Positions 24,236 through 36,711 of a stretch of DNA of 64,000 bases are shown piece by piece. The stretch covers positions 1,832,312-1,896,311 of the forward strand of contig ML992502.1 of the NCBI GenBank assembly GCA_010093995.1, written 5' to 3'. A program made the translations under genes and the position numbers. Origin of the DNA: Elsinoe ampelina (lineage: Eukaryota). The notes below the pieces were generated by a model that was not told the origin of the DNA, searched no databases, and saw only the letters and a program-made list of their open reading frames with translations. The first letter of the stretch is position 1, and the number at the start of each line of letters is the position of its first letter.

Positions 24236-25273
24236 CGACTCTGGGTGTATTACTAAAATGTAATAGTACTAGAAAAACCTAGCTATTATATATAGCCATG
24301 TTTATAAGATGTAGCGTTTTGTCGAAAGAAATTAGCTCAATTGGTAGAGCGACCGTATGGAGTTCGAGTGGTCCAGAATGGCGACACTGGTCGTGGAGAA
24401 TTCATCGTGGGAAACGTTGATTGCGTGAAGAATTCGACGTCGAAGTATGATACAGTCGCACATCCTGGACAGAGCCAGAAGGGGTGGGTGCCGTCTTAAA
24501 GACTCCAGACTCGCTTGCGTCACTTCTGCAGCACACCATCACTGATACCGCAGTCACCACCACTCTCGCCTTTCTTTCAAGCTGGACATAGAGGTCTGCG
24601 GTCCGAGTGGCAGCTATCTGCATGCGTGACCATACTGGCTGCGATGCAGGAATCTAATTGATCGAGCGCGGGTGCGACTGAACCAGCTGATCGTATTCGT
24701 GCTGCTGTGGCTGCAGGACGGATGCATGTTGATCTCTGTGTGGGAGCTGCGCCGCAACATTATCGTCTCCTCTGGCATCGCAGACCGTATACAACCGGGA
24801 ATGTAAGCACTAAGGTCGTGCGTGGAAAAATTGTGCTTCCATGTGCGGTATGCCAACGACCGATGGGAGTAGCCAACGATTTCATCCCAGCTGTTCTCTC
24901 GAGACTCACCAAGGATATATCTCCCCAGAGTCAGCACCTACCAATGAGCCAGTATCGTGCACATTATCCAGCCGTGATGCTGTCCTGGTGGGAATGCTGT
25001 GCATTATCAGATACGTTGCGGTGGTATCTTCTGCGATTGCTCGCATCCTTGTCCGCTGAGCGTTATCGGAGCTGACAGCTGCTCGTCCCACCTTGACCTC
25101 ATCATGACAGTCTGAATCAATGAGCTTCCATGAAGACCACCACGTACCTCGATACCAAATCTGCTATCAAAGTGAGCCATCTGAACTGTGTTGCGTTGAG
25201 TAGCACACAACCCTCAGAACTGCATTTCCAAGCCCTGGTACGAAGCGACCAGTCATCCTAAGCCAGCGTGGAC

Positions 25274-25714
25274 ATGCCTTCTCATCCATTCACCTCGCCA
25301 TGGCGGACAACAATGATGCTCACCAACCTGGTGTACTGCTTCGGCGCATTCATCATGGACTATGGCGAGACGCATGTCTTGAATCCTAGATGGCCACCTC
25401 ATGCTCGCTTCCACAACGGGCAGACAATGAGCCTCGGTGTGCTTCTCTGCAGCATGGTGGGATTTGTGCTCACGCGTCCATCCGAGTCCAAGAAGGAGGC
25501 AAAAAACAACGTTACGACTGCTGGTCTGATCGGGTCTATGTACTGCACAGCAGGCATGACCGCAATCTTGTATCCCGGGACGAACTGGTCAGACCCGGAA
25601 TTCGAGGATCCTGGACAGAAGTGGCTTTTCTCGGGCCTGGTGGTTATCAATCTAGCAGCGATGGTGATGGAATGGGTTCATATCGACAGAACATGGGATA
25701 AGAAAAGACGATGA
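25274..25714 (+). CDS. Small membrane protein (DUF6640-like)
   Basis: DYGETHVLNPRWPPHARFHNGQTMSLG motif and several hydrophobic helices. Confidence 0.8.
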   Translation: MPSHPFTSPWRTTMMLTNLVYCFGAFIMDYGETHVLNPRWPPHARFHNGQTMSLGVLLCSMVGFVLTRPSESKKEAKNNVTTAGLIGSMYCTAGMTAILYPGTNWSDPEFEDPGQKWLFSGLVVINLAAMVMEWVHIDRTWDKKRR

Positions 25715-26272
25715 AAGAAGTTGGATGATTGGACGGTTTCGCCGGGCTACGTACAGGTTTTGTTTGACGGAAACCGAGCAGTTCTCGAACCATGTTCGCC
25801 GGTACGAGGCCATGGAACCCCCACGGTCGCCCCCACGGTTTGGCTGAAGGATGCTCTTTTTCCGGGATGGCGCTGCACGCTTCTGCAGGTCCACTGTTGA
25901 AAAGGCTTGAAGATCCGCCTTTTTGTATCTTTCTTGCATTTTTCAAATGTTACATCTTCACTCTTCCATCATTAGCCATCAGAATGAGGCACAAGGTGAC
26001 CAAGAAACACAAGGATGCGGTGTGAGCCTGAACATTCTCGAAGATTACGAGCGTTGATTGCACGCGATTGCGCGATCCCGCAACGGTTGCTCGTGCTAAG
26101 TCGTGCTTCATCTCCCAATGCCTGCCATGAAAACACACCGACTCCTATGCATCAATGTCAGTAAGACAATAAGTATTGGAATATCTCGTGTTCTGTCTCT
26201 TTCATTCTCATCATACAGTGCACTACTATAGTCACAGCTACTTGTACACCGCGATGCTTGCACTTGAAGATC

Positions 26273-27074
26273 AAGAAGCCACACATCAAACCGGCAAAAT
26301 GGCAGCTGTTCTACCGGCTACGACACCACTCAGTCACATCCGAGAAGAGGAGCTCAAAGCAGCCATCTCCACAGTCACAGAAGTCGACAGCTCCGACTCG
26401 GAAGCCGAATTCGAACATGCCCCTTCCTACGACCTCTCAGCCTCTCATCTCATCACATCCCCCTACCCCGACTTCGCCAATCAAACCCGGCTCACCGACC
26501 TCTCGCTCTCCTGCCGCCTCCTCTCCTTCGCCCTCACCAATATGGCACCCATACGACCAGACTACTCCACTGCAGACTACATGGAGTCCTTCAACTGGAA
26601 CGTCTGCTTCGCCGAGCTCCGGAAGCTATGCGCACAGACTGGCTACCGGTGGCAAAGACAGGAATTCTACGTCGTGATCTTCAGGTCGAAACTCAAGCTT
26701 GGTGCGGACAGGACGAGGTTGGGGGAGTTGGATCAGCATTCTCATGCCGAGGCTTGTCAGAGCGGGGGGTTGTTGAAGTATTGGTTTGGGGAGTGTAATG
26801 GGGAGAGGAGGAATTTGGCAACTTGTGAGTACCTTATGATCATGGACTGAAGGAGCGTGCTGATCTGTTGACAGGCTTGTGGAGAGGTCGTGATGATGCT
26901 ATAGCCGGTGGCAAAGGACCGTGGCATGCGAAGGCTATGAGGTCGGCAGTGGAAATGTATGAGACTATTAGCTTCCATAGGCATTCGCTGATCATTGAGG
27001 ATGGGGCGGAGGGCTGGAGTCTGGAGGAGTACTCGGGTCCGGGCGTGAGGAGGGCATCTCGTGCTGGTCATTGA
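26273..27074 (+). CDS. UPF0643-like uncharacterised protein
   Basis: FYVVIFRS, HAEACQSGGLLKYWFG, RNLATC | LWR..GGKGPWH motifs; intron ~26826-26874. Start codon could be 26273 or 26299. Confidence 0.8.
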
Positions 27075-27328
27075 GAGGGAAAGAATGAAGTTGACTGGCG
27101 TCGATGAGTTGTGTATAATAGCTTAGACATCAAAATATAGAGGTAGTAGCAGATCACAACGTAATATGTATAACATTCTCATGCCTTGCCATCTTCAGAT
27201 CAAACTTGAAGGGAGGGTATTCGAGCTTTCGAAATGCTGTGTCAGCTTCTGCCGCCGCAGAAACTCATGCTCTTCTTCGCGCTACAACTTCAATTCTCAT
27301 CGTACAATCAACAGCACCATCACCCACC

Positions 27329-28342
27329 ATGCTCTCGAATGACGATTTCACAAAATACACTGTACAGTCGCACAACATGAATGATCATTGTCTCGATGAT
27401 CAAAATTTTGTAAACGCGATACCATTTCCCTCGGCCCTGTCCACAGCGACTAGTGGTGGCTTGACCGGGCAGCTTGGTCTCTTGCCACTCGAGCTACTGC
27501 ACTCGATCCTCAACAATCTGGATCTTGAGTCCCTCGCTGCTCTTCTGGCGGTGAACCGTGCCATACGAAGTCTAGTGCTGAGCCTGTCATATCTGCAGAT
27601 CATCGCACAATATGCACCACACATTTGGAAGGCGGCAACAGCAATACGAGCGAGGCGATGGCTGAATCTTCGCGATGTTTATGAAACGATGCACCATTCC
27701 ACTTGTGAAGGCTGCGGCGATAACGGATCTTATCTCTACCTCTTGACCTGCACGCGAGTGTGCTACCTCTGCTTCTCGCGGGACAAGCAGTTCTTGCCTC
27801 TGGGTGGTCTGAAAGCTGTCCGAGAGACCGAATTGAAACGACAGGAAATCGAGTCACTCCCCAACTGCCATACCATAGCAGGGACGTATTCCCCATCCGA
27901 ACGTAAGCACAACAAGAGTCGCTTCCTCGTGGATCGGAGAGCTGCAGAGGCGGCACTGCAAAATCGCCGGTCACAAGCTGTAGTCACTAGAAGGACCATG
28001 TCCGGAGCTCGCAGATCAACTGGACTCCCGCCCATCACGAATGCGAGCTCCAGCTCACCCGATTCCCCACAACAGTCGCTCGAACTTGGCTTTGATGATG
28101 TGGAAGGGAATGTCTTCAGATACGCCACCATAGTACAAGTGGTCTCCCTCGACCCAAGAACGCATCAGGTTCAGCGGCTGCGCCATTGTCTTGCCTGTTC
28201 GCAAGGTGGGGATATCCACGATCGGCAGTACTCCTTTCGTCGAATCTATGATATACATAACTTCGAGAGACACATTCATGATTGTCGGCAAATCCAGCAC
28301 GACCCCAAGAGAAATTGGTGGCGTCATCAACAAGACCGCTAG
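27329..28342 (+). CDS. F-box/Cys-rich protein (intact paralogue)
   Basis: LGLLPLELL F-box, CEGCGDNGSYLYLLTCTRVCYLC, CLAC...HIHDC. Confidence 0.88.
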   Translation: MLSNDDFTKYTVQSHNMNDHCLDDQNFVNAIPFPSALSTATSGGLTGQLGLLPLELLHSILNNLDLESLAALLAVNRAIRSLVLSLSYLQIIAQYAPHIWKAATAIRARRWLNLRDVYETMHHSTCEGCGDNGSYLYLLTCTRVCYLCFSRDKQFLPLGGLKAVRETELKRQEIESLPNCHTIAGTYSPSERKHNKSRFLVDRRAAEAALQNRRSQAVVTRRTMSGARRSTGLPPITNASSSSPDSPQQSLELGFDDVEGNVFRYATIVQVVSLDPRTHQVQRLRHCLACSQGGDIHDRQYSFRRIYDIHNFERHIHDCRQIQHDPKRNWWRHQQDR

Positions 28343-28672
28343 CTCAAGTGCTCAATTTGTACATTGCTAGCAATTGTTCCCACAGACCTGCTCTGGAATC
28401 AAAGGCAGGCGGTGTCAATGATGGCCAACGAATGTGCTTATCATCCATCGGCAACATCGTGCGTGGGCAGGTCAAGTCCGCTACATCGCTGTTTGTGAGA
28501 CAGCGTGGTTTCGGGATGTGTCAATGTGCATAGCAAAAGTGACTGCGTTGCTTGAATACTATTATCCGCTGCATTAGGAATTACTTCGTCGTGCCACGTA
28601 CATTTCACTTCCAAGTTGACAATCGTCACAATACAGACCCGTTTCAAATCGCAGGCTCTTATCAGCATCGAC

Positions 28673-29107
28673 ATGTCGACATCTGCTATGAAGGTACTGC
28701 AATGTTCTGTCGATGGGGAAGGTGACAGCGAGTTCAGGATCCTGGTTGAGCAACGGAACATCAAGTATCTCACGATTGAGCACGGCACCTTCGACACTGC
28801 CGACATGTGCTTCTTTCCGACCCTGGAGTAACTCACGCCACCTCTGCTACCAGGTGATTGGGATGTAGGCCGAATATCGCGAGATGACAACTTCAAAGCC
28901 GTCGTCAGCGAGACGTGAACGACCAACTTGCCCTCGGTCGCTGATCCATGGCATCCCAACCGAGTCAACTATCTGGATCTCACTCTCGGCAAGATGTTCA
29001 ACTCGAACGTCCGTGAAGCAACTGGCCCTGGCTATGATGGAAGTTTCATTGCAAAATTCGCATGCTTTCCGTGGCAAAATCAGTGGATCGAAAACGAGAC
29101 CGTGTGA
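28673..29107 (+). pseudogene. Truncated kinase-like fungal gene (family often mis-annotated 'alpha-galactosidase A')
   Basis: SEFRILV..IKYLTI, PGDWDVGRI, PWHP..NYLDL, IAKFACFPW..IENET read in one frame through stops at 28829 and ~28916; homology ends at ~29107. Confidence 0.7.
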
Positions 29108-29555
29108 TTTCGTTGCAATAAGATTGCGCATGAGAGCAGCCACGGCGAACACCATGTATTTAAAATGCTGGTCGTCCAGTCAATCTAAGGAGGCGACATG
29201 CCGGAAAATGAAGACCAAGGAGACCCCACACGTTCTGGCCAAATTTAGAGTGTGGAGCTTTTTTGGTTCTTCGCTGACGCAAGGCAAAGTTTAATAGTGA
29301 AAAGACCGGCCCGCAGATCTTGGCGAGGAGGAGCCAAACCACGGACCGCTTTTGACAGTTGTAGGGGCCCTGGGGCGTCGCAATCAACAACTTGACACTT
29401 CAGCTTTGATCTTTTCGACTACATTGCTTTTGAGCCTTGCTGGTGTCGACTCTAGAAACCTTGATTGAGGAGGGGACGCTGACAATTCCTGACAAAATTC
29501 TTCATACCTCTTGTAATGCATTGAGTCCACTTCACTTCTCCAAACCGATCTCAAC

Positions 29556-31679
29556 ATGGGCAAATGGCGATACGGCGTCATCCTGGACGCAGGCTCGTCT
29601 GTAGGTCAAATTGGACCTCACCCGATTCTCAAACCACTAACTTAGTAGGGTACGCGCGCATATGTATATCGGTGGCTGAAGCCTGAAAAGGCACGCAAGA
29701 AGGCGAGCAAAGAAGAACTCGGAAAACTACCAGAACTGCGAACGAAGAAGAAATGGGCGAAGAAGATACATCCGGGTCTCTCAACATTTGGAGATAAGCC
29801 TGAGCAGGTTGGAACAGAACACCTCAAGGAGCTCATGGACCATGCTCTCAAGATCGTACCTTCGGACGAACACGAAAACACACCGATTTTCCTGCTTGCG
29901 ACAGCCGGTATGCGACTTCTACCAGATCAGCAAAGAAAGGACGTCTTAGCCAACGTATGCTCATACATGAGAAGGACGACCAAGTTCCAACTACCTGACT
30001 GCGACATGCACATTCAAGTCATACCTGGTGAGACAGAAGGACTGTACGGCTGGCTTGCTGCCAACTATCTTCTTGGTGGATTCGACGACCCAAGCGACCA
30101 TGCGCATGGTAAGGAGCATCATACCTACGGCTTTTTGGACATGGGTGGAGCATCAGCACAGATCGCATTTGCGCCCAATGCAACAGAGGCGGAGAAGCAC
30201 GCTAACGATCTCACCCTATTGCGACTTCGGACGATCGGTGGGCATCAGAAAGAGTACAGGGTGTTTGTGACAACGTGGCTGGAATATGGTGTCAACGAGG
30301 CCCGCAGACGGTATCTCAAGGCACTACTAGACTCGAGTCCAGACTCGAAGGAGCTCCCTGACCCTTGTCTACCAATCGGACTCCGTGAGACAAAGTCTGG
30401 TCACGTCGTCTCGGATGGCTCGAAAGACGTCAAAGGCGAGCCTTCGTTATTGCTGGGAACCGGAAAGTTCGACGAGTGTCTCCGACAGACTTTCCCTCTT
30501 TTGGACAAGGATGCAGCTTGTGCCGATGAGCCATGTCTCCTTCATGGTGTCCATGTACCCGCGATTGATTTTGATGTAAATCACTTTGTTGGCGTCTCGG
30601 AATACTGGCATACCACGCACTCTGTCTTCGAGATGGGCCACAAGGATATGGCTTACGATTTCAAGACGCATCAATCCAAGGTCAACGAGTTCTGCAGCAA
30701 AGACTGGAAGTCTATAAAGTCTGGAGTGTCATCGCAGAAGTGGGGCAAGAAGGTCGACGAGACGACGGCTGCCGAAGTGTGCTTCAAAGCTTCGTGGTTG
30801 ATCAACATGTTGCACGAGGGTATCGGTGTGCCTCGTGTGGGTCTAGAGCAGTCACCCGACTCGGACACGAAAGCAGGGAACAAGACCAAGCAAGCTCTTG
30901 AATCTGCAAAGGACAGAGGCTTCTTGGATCCATTCCAAGCGGTGGACAAGATCGACGGTACAGAGGTCTCGTGGACACTGGGAAAGATGGTCCTGTACGC
31001 CGCATCGCAGCATCCACCGGAAGACCATGCCATGGCTGTCGGGTTCGGTTCTAACATACCTGGCAAGAAGCTCCCAGCGGACTTTCAATTTCCGGGCGGA
31101 CGAGAACCTGAGCTTCCAGACGACCTGGATTGGCATGACAAGCTATTCGCTTCGGCAGGTGAGCGAAGAGTGCCGGGTCTGCTCCTCTTCGGCGCAATCT
31201 TGATTGTGGCTCTCTTTCTTCTCTGCGGTCGCGAACGTCGACAAAACATTCTGTCCAAGTTCCGACCATCATCACCACCTCGATTCTCGAGAAAGAAGCG
31301 CGGCGTCCTGTCTCGTTTCTTCGGCAAGGGAGCAAAATACGCACCTCTTGCTCCAACTGGTACAGATGACTTTGAGCTCGGCGACGTCGACTCGGACAGC
31401 GATCTCGAGGCAGACAAAGCGCCGACAAAGTCGACAAGAGCAAGCGGCTGGTCAACGCCCAAGCTGCAAGGCGCGCTTGACAGCCCTGTGATCGCCCCCA
31501 ACTCAGCCAAGACCTACTTCGATTACCCCGCCGGCCCGGGCCTGACATCAAGGACAGAGAGCAGAGAGCGGCTAGGTCTCACCCCCGGGCTGAGCCTGAA
31601 TACGAGCGGGAGTAGGTCCAGACACAATTCTCCCACCCGGCGAGCCAGTCCGTTGGGAGCTCCCAAGGACCTAGACTGA
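29556..31679 (+). CDS. YND1: Golgi apyrase (GDA1/CD39 family)
   Basis: MGKWRYGVILDAGSS|GTR (intron ~29601-29648), LATAGMR, GETEGLYGW, DMGGASAQ, SWTLG, C-terminal TM. Confidence 0.95.
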
Positions 31680-31945
31680 CCTGCTCAGGATCCCAGCTGC
31701 GGCAGCACGATGAAGACTGAAGAGAAGGAAAGGAGGATTGTACGAGATATGTAATGGTAATGACACGACTTGGGCGAAAAGCAGGATACTCGCAAGCCTC
31801 GTTGGATGATAGAACCTAGTAATACTGTATATACACTACCATTCTTTCCCCTTTTCCCATTTCCCCTTCCCTCCTCCCTCTCCTTTCTGCCCCGCTCCTC
31901 CTCCTCAGGTTCCCCTCGTCCCGACCCCCCTTGCCTCGCTGGGAC

Positions 31946-32608
31946 TCACTCCTGCGCCCTCTCAAGAAAACTCGGATCCCGATCCACCCTCCCCTCAAAC
32001 TTCCTCCACCACGCCTCGAACGCCTTGAGGGGTATCTCCTCACTCCCAAAGCTCGACAGGTAATTGAACGCGTGCGAAATGATGTTCTTCGCCAACGCCT
32101 TCGTGTCGACACCTTTCGTCGCCGGTGCAGCAGGGGAAGAACGGGCTGCTTGCTCGGCTTTGAGTTGTGTGACTTTAGCTTCGACTTCGGCCGCGGGCTC
32201 GATGGAGATGCCGATCTGCACTTCTCCTGGGCCTCCTTGGGGAAGGTCGGGGGAGGGATCGGGGACGGAGGGGTCGTCGAGCATGAGGTCCCCTTCTACG
32301 TCTGTCCTTGCGGGGCCGGTGGCGGTAGAGGAGGAGGAGGAGGTGGGGTTGACTTCCGGGGATATGATGCGGTAGGTGCCGGAGGCGCGGCCTTGGCCTA
32401 GGTAGCCGAGGAAGCGGAAGGTGGTCGGGGTGGAGGGGAGGGCGTAGTAGATTGCTGCTGCGTGGGTGGTGGGGATGGAGGAGGTGGGGTCGAGGGAGAG
32501 GGTGAGGGTGTTGAAGGGAGGGGTGGGGGGGAGGCGGAAGAGGTATTGGGTTGGGGAGAGTTGGGTGGGGAGGAGGAGGGGGCGGGGTGGGATGGTGAGG
32601 ATGAACAT
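31946..32608 (-). CDS. OPI10: Hikeshi/Opi10 (DUF775) family protein
   Basis: FRFLG, IGISIEP, LAKNIISHAFNYLSSF, IPLKAFEAWWRKFEGRVDRDPSFL. Confidence 0.9.
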   Translation of the reverse strand: MFILTIPPRPLLLPTQLSPTQYLFRLPPTPPFNTLTLSLDPTSSIPTTHAAAIYYALPSTPTTFRFLGYLGQGRASGTYRIISPEVNPTSSSSSTATGPARTDVEGDLMLDDPSVPDPSPDLPQGGPGEVQIGISIEPAAEVEAKVTQLKAEQAARSSPAAPATKGVDTKALAKNIISHAFNYLSSFGSEEIPLKAFEAWWRKFEGRVDRDPSFLERAQE

Positions 32609-33461
32609 CTTTGTTGGAGGGTCGGCGTATCGGTGGAAGTGGTCCGATGCTGGATGGTTGGTGGTGTTCGAGAATTGTGCTATAATTCCGGCGACTGTGT
32701 GTATCTTTTGCCGAAGTCCATAGTCTCTATGCCAGGTCCTACAATCGCTGCGGAGTGGTTGTCCGAAGCTGGCGGTCGTAGAGACATAACCACTAACTCA
32801 AGGTACAGACATGCTTACGGGGACGCAGCTACAGAAAGATCTCGAGTGACGTCGGGTAAAGGAAGGAAGGAGAACAAACCAGGGAAGATGAGCCAATTGC
32901 ATAGCCAGAGTGGGCCGCTAGCGTCACAGTTCCGGGGTGGCTCAAATATCCCATGCAGCAGTTCTTTCCAACCTCAATTTTCGATCTTCATAGACCTCTC
33001 TTCATCCCCACAACGTTTTAGGGTGAAATGCTGCTGAACAATGGGACGTTCTAGGGGCCTACGTCGTGCTTCTCAAGGGGGTGTGCTTCTTAACCCTCTT
33101 GAGCACATTATGCATCGGCTTTCCAGCTTCAGCTCGAGTCGAGCAAGCCACATGCACCCAGTGGAGCATGATGCACAGGAAATTCATGCGCCTTCCTTTA
33201 CTTTTGTTTGATGTACGCAACGACTTCCCTATATTGACTCGGGATGGTCGGTTACCCTTGCTGCTATGCATCCACATAGACTTGTACGCATGCATTCATG
33301 CAGGAGAGCTGCACTCCCAACAAACCATTGGCAGGCGACTGCTCCATGCTTATGGGCATTGCGGTAATTTTGAAATACAAGAAGGCCCTCAAAGTACACC
33401 GTCTTTCCCTAAGGCTCCATTCTCCTATACACAGTCAGTCCTTCGCAGTCATTTCCTCGCA

Positions 33462-36159
33462 ATGTCCGCCAGCGCCTTGAGTTTGAGCCAAGACCAGGCC
33501 ACCGCTGCACTGCAACAACTACAAGACATCCAGAAGGGCCGACAGGCACCTATCAAGGTGAAAGACTATACTAGTGGGGTGAAAGCATCACTGATCAATC
33601 AATCTCAATACAATTGGAACGATGTGTTGATCGCCGAGCCGGCACTCGTGGCCTCGCTCGGTCTGCTGATCGCAGCATCAACTTCCCAAGATGCACAGCA
33701 GGTTCAAGTGATACCTCCCGAAAGTGATTTTAGATACCTTACGTGAGTCCTTTATAGTCGCATCAGTGGCTTGTACTCAACAAAGTCTAGAAACTGGGGC
33801 CCAAGACCATCTTTGAGCTTATGCTTGGTTCAAGTCGCGGACTCTGCCACCAGATGCCTCCTGGATGCTCAGCGCACCACTAACGAGTTAATGGCAAGAT
33901 CGGAGCCGTTCAAGTCGACGGTGCTATTTGTGCTCCTTTGAGACAAGACCTACTGCTGACTCCGGCAGGTGAGAGATATCCTAGTGCTCCTCAGCGACAA
34001 TGAGGCAGCGACGAAGATGCTCATTCCAACAGCATCCAAACTCATACGTGTCTCGGATACCTGTCAAGAGACTGCTCGGAAACTCGAAAGTCAGTTCTCA
34101 AATTGCCTAGGTATGCTGTGCGAACTCCATGCTTGTTGTGCACAGGCATCCACCGCGGATGCACAGATGCAGGCTGCAAACCAGCTCCAGCTTGCTGCTC
34201 TGCAGACACAGCTTCCGCAAGATGGCGGAAAGTCGCAGATGGTGACAGCCGCAGCCACATATAATGCAAGTCTGTCTTTTCTCAACAAGTCTTTACTCTC
34301 AGCAGTTAGCGCTGTAGCTTCAGAGTGAGTATTGACTCGGGTATCGAGGACATGGTTGACATAGAGCAGCTGGCCGTCTGTGCTCCAAGAGCTTACAGGA
34401 TGTCTATCGAAATCGAGTTCGACAGCGACCGAAGCGACTATAGCCTCTCTGATCGAGTTTGCCACAGCAAATACTCAGAGCCCTGCAAACGCACAAGTCT
34501 TTGATGGCAAATCTGGTAGTGTTCAAGGTGGATCTATTGGCTCGCCCGGACCGATTTCGACCTCGGCGGCGTCCATCGTGCCACCCACTACACCGAATGT
34601 GCTGATTGCTGACTGGAGAGATCCCGCCTATGCTTTGTCTGGATCTTGTGCTGTCATAATCGGCTTGGCACTTTCCGTGGTTTTCGGGGGAGATGATCAC
34701 AGCGTTGCCTGGTCTACATTGCAAGCCAAAGTCTCCGGAGCACCAAATGGCATTGGCGCGGTACTGTCGATGTTGCAGGGAATGCGAGAGAGCTTTACAC
34801 CTTCCACGGGAGCTGCCGGTGTCATGCTCCAGGATGTCCTTGCGCAGACTACGCAGGTAAGCAGTGGAGCCATCGTAAGCAATGCCGGCTTGTTGACAAT
34901 GCTAGGTCTTGAGCGAGATAGCCAGTGTGGTGCAATCAACACAATCCTCTGGCACGAAGCTGCCGTCCGCAGATGATCCTCAGGTGAAAGGCTGGCAACA
35001 AACACTGACCAAGCAGTACGCACGTGTCGTTCAACTTGATGCTGCTGGGAAGAATGCGTCGAATGCATACAATGTGGGTGCCAAGGACGTGTACGTCTAG
35101 ATGTCTACTAACAGGTTGCAGCCACCATCGATGAACGTAAGGGACTCTCCAATCGACGTCTTTGGCCTCTCTGGAGCCCTCAAGCAACAGTACCTCAACT
35201 CTGGTACCACTCAAGTCGCAGTGAAAGCCGCTGCTCTTGGGACCTCTGTCACACGACAAGAGAAATCGATGCAAAGCTTGACCGGCGTGCAGAAGAATAT
35301 CAGTGCGCTGATGGACACGCTGGCAAGACTCCCAACGACCAACATGAGCTTCGTAGGTAGACTCTCATCTCAATACGGTCTCTCCTGCTGACAATCCCAT
35401 CAAGGGAGACATTCGGTCCCTGCTGATCAAGACGATCGAGATCTTTATTGTTCTCAAGTCAAAAGTCAATGGTCTGGTAGGACTTTATGGCAGCTCATCG
35501 ACAATGTCCAAAGTTATGATTGAAAGCCAGATTCAGCCATTCATCTCTTCTCTAAAGAGCGTGGATTTCTCGCGTGGTGGTGATGGTCAAATCGTGTACT
35601 TACAACGTCAAGTGAGTCTCCACAGACTAGATTTGCTTGCTGCAGAACTCATTGGTGACAGATCATCTTGAATACGTGTTTGAGTATTCAAGGATTTTCC
35701 GAGGTATACACAGATACCATGAGAGTAGCTAATGAAGTGAACCAACGTTTCCTCATGCAAGGCCTTGGGATGGTCAATGACTTCTCGTCCATTCTCGGCT
35801 CTAGGGAACCGAGCTCTGCGCAGAATGTAAGTGGCGTGCTCCTGTTGTGGCTTGTAGATTGACCTGGATATCAGATACTACAGAGCAAGACTGGCCAGCT
35901 CGTGGCTTGGGCTAACCATGCGGTCCGCGATATCGCAAGCATGCTCAACGAGTCTCAACGCAATGTCGGACAGACACTCGACGACGCGCAACGGCAGGCC
36001 ACTCAAGATGTAGGCAGAGTTGGAGTCGTGCCACCGGTAGAAGTCGTCGGCAGTGTTGATCAAGCTGCCAATGATGCAAAGTCTGCGGCACAGAGAGGCT
36101 TCGCAGACTTTGGCGTCTTCATCGCGATGCCCCTAGGTTCGGTCGATCCATACGTGTAA
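33462..36159 (+). CDS. Large multi-exon alpha-helical protein of unknown function
   Basis: At least 9 exons bounded by GT..CTRAC..AG introns; segments NWNDVLIAEPALVASLG, LSLCLVQV, C..TARKLESQF...LCELHACC. Confidence 0.7.
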
Positions 36160-36711
36160 GGCTTTGGAGTCGCTGTCATTACAACAAGACTTGCGAAGAA
36201 TGATGACGCTCGTCATTGACACCATCTAGCCGGCGGAGTTGGTCCGGTTGAACAAAATAGAATGTTTGAACATCTGTTCGATCTATTCGAGTCGTGAAGC
36301 TTTCTGGTAAGGCACTAAGCGGGGACGATCAGTGGGCTGTGGTACATTCTGAAGAGCATGGCCATGTTGTGTGGCACATCATGTGTTGGTACTTCCTAGC
36401 TAGGTGTCGAAAGATGCTACATGACCATGTTGGAGTTTGAAGATAACATGCGTATCTCTGTGTTACATGAGTGCACAGTATGTGACGTGGACCCTTGTGG
36501 CTCACATCATGGCTCATTTGTAGGTGCGGCTCGCTGATCTGTGAAATACTTTTCCAATCTAGCGAGCGCGGCTGAACGCGGCGGCGGAGTCAGCTTCACT
36601 TCTCAGGCAAAGTGTGGACTCCACTACCATACCGCAGCGCTTCTTCTGGCTTGCACTGAGGCAACTGGCCTCAACCTCAGACCAATTCTACATCGCATAA
36701 AAACCTTCACC

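Noticed and set aside
31800..32720. Long antisense/overlapping G-, R- or P-rich ORFs over C/G-skewed genes (also at 12.2, 19.1, 37.3, 44, 60.4 kb)
   Set aside because: By-products of biased codon usage that removes stop codons in alternative frames.
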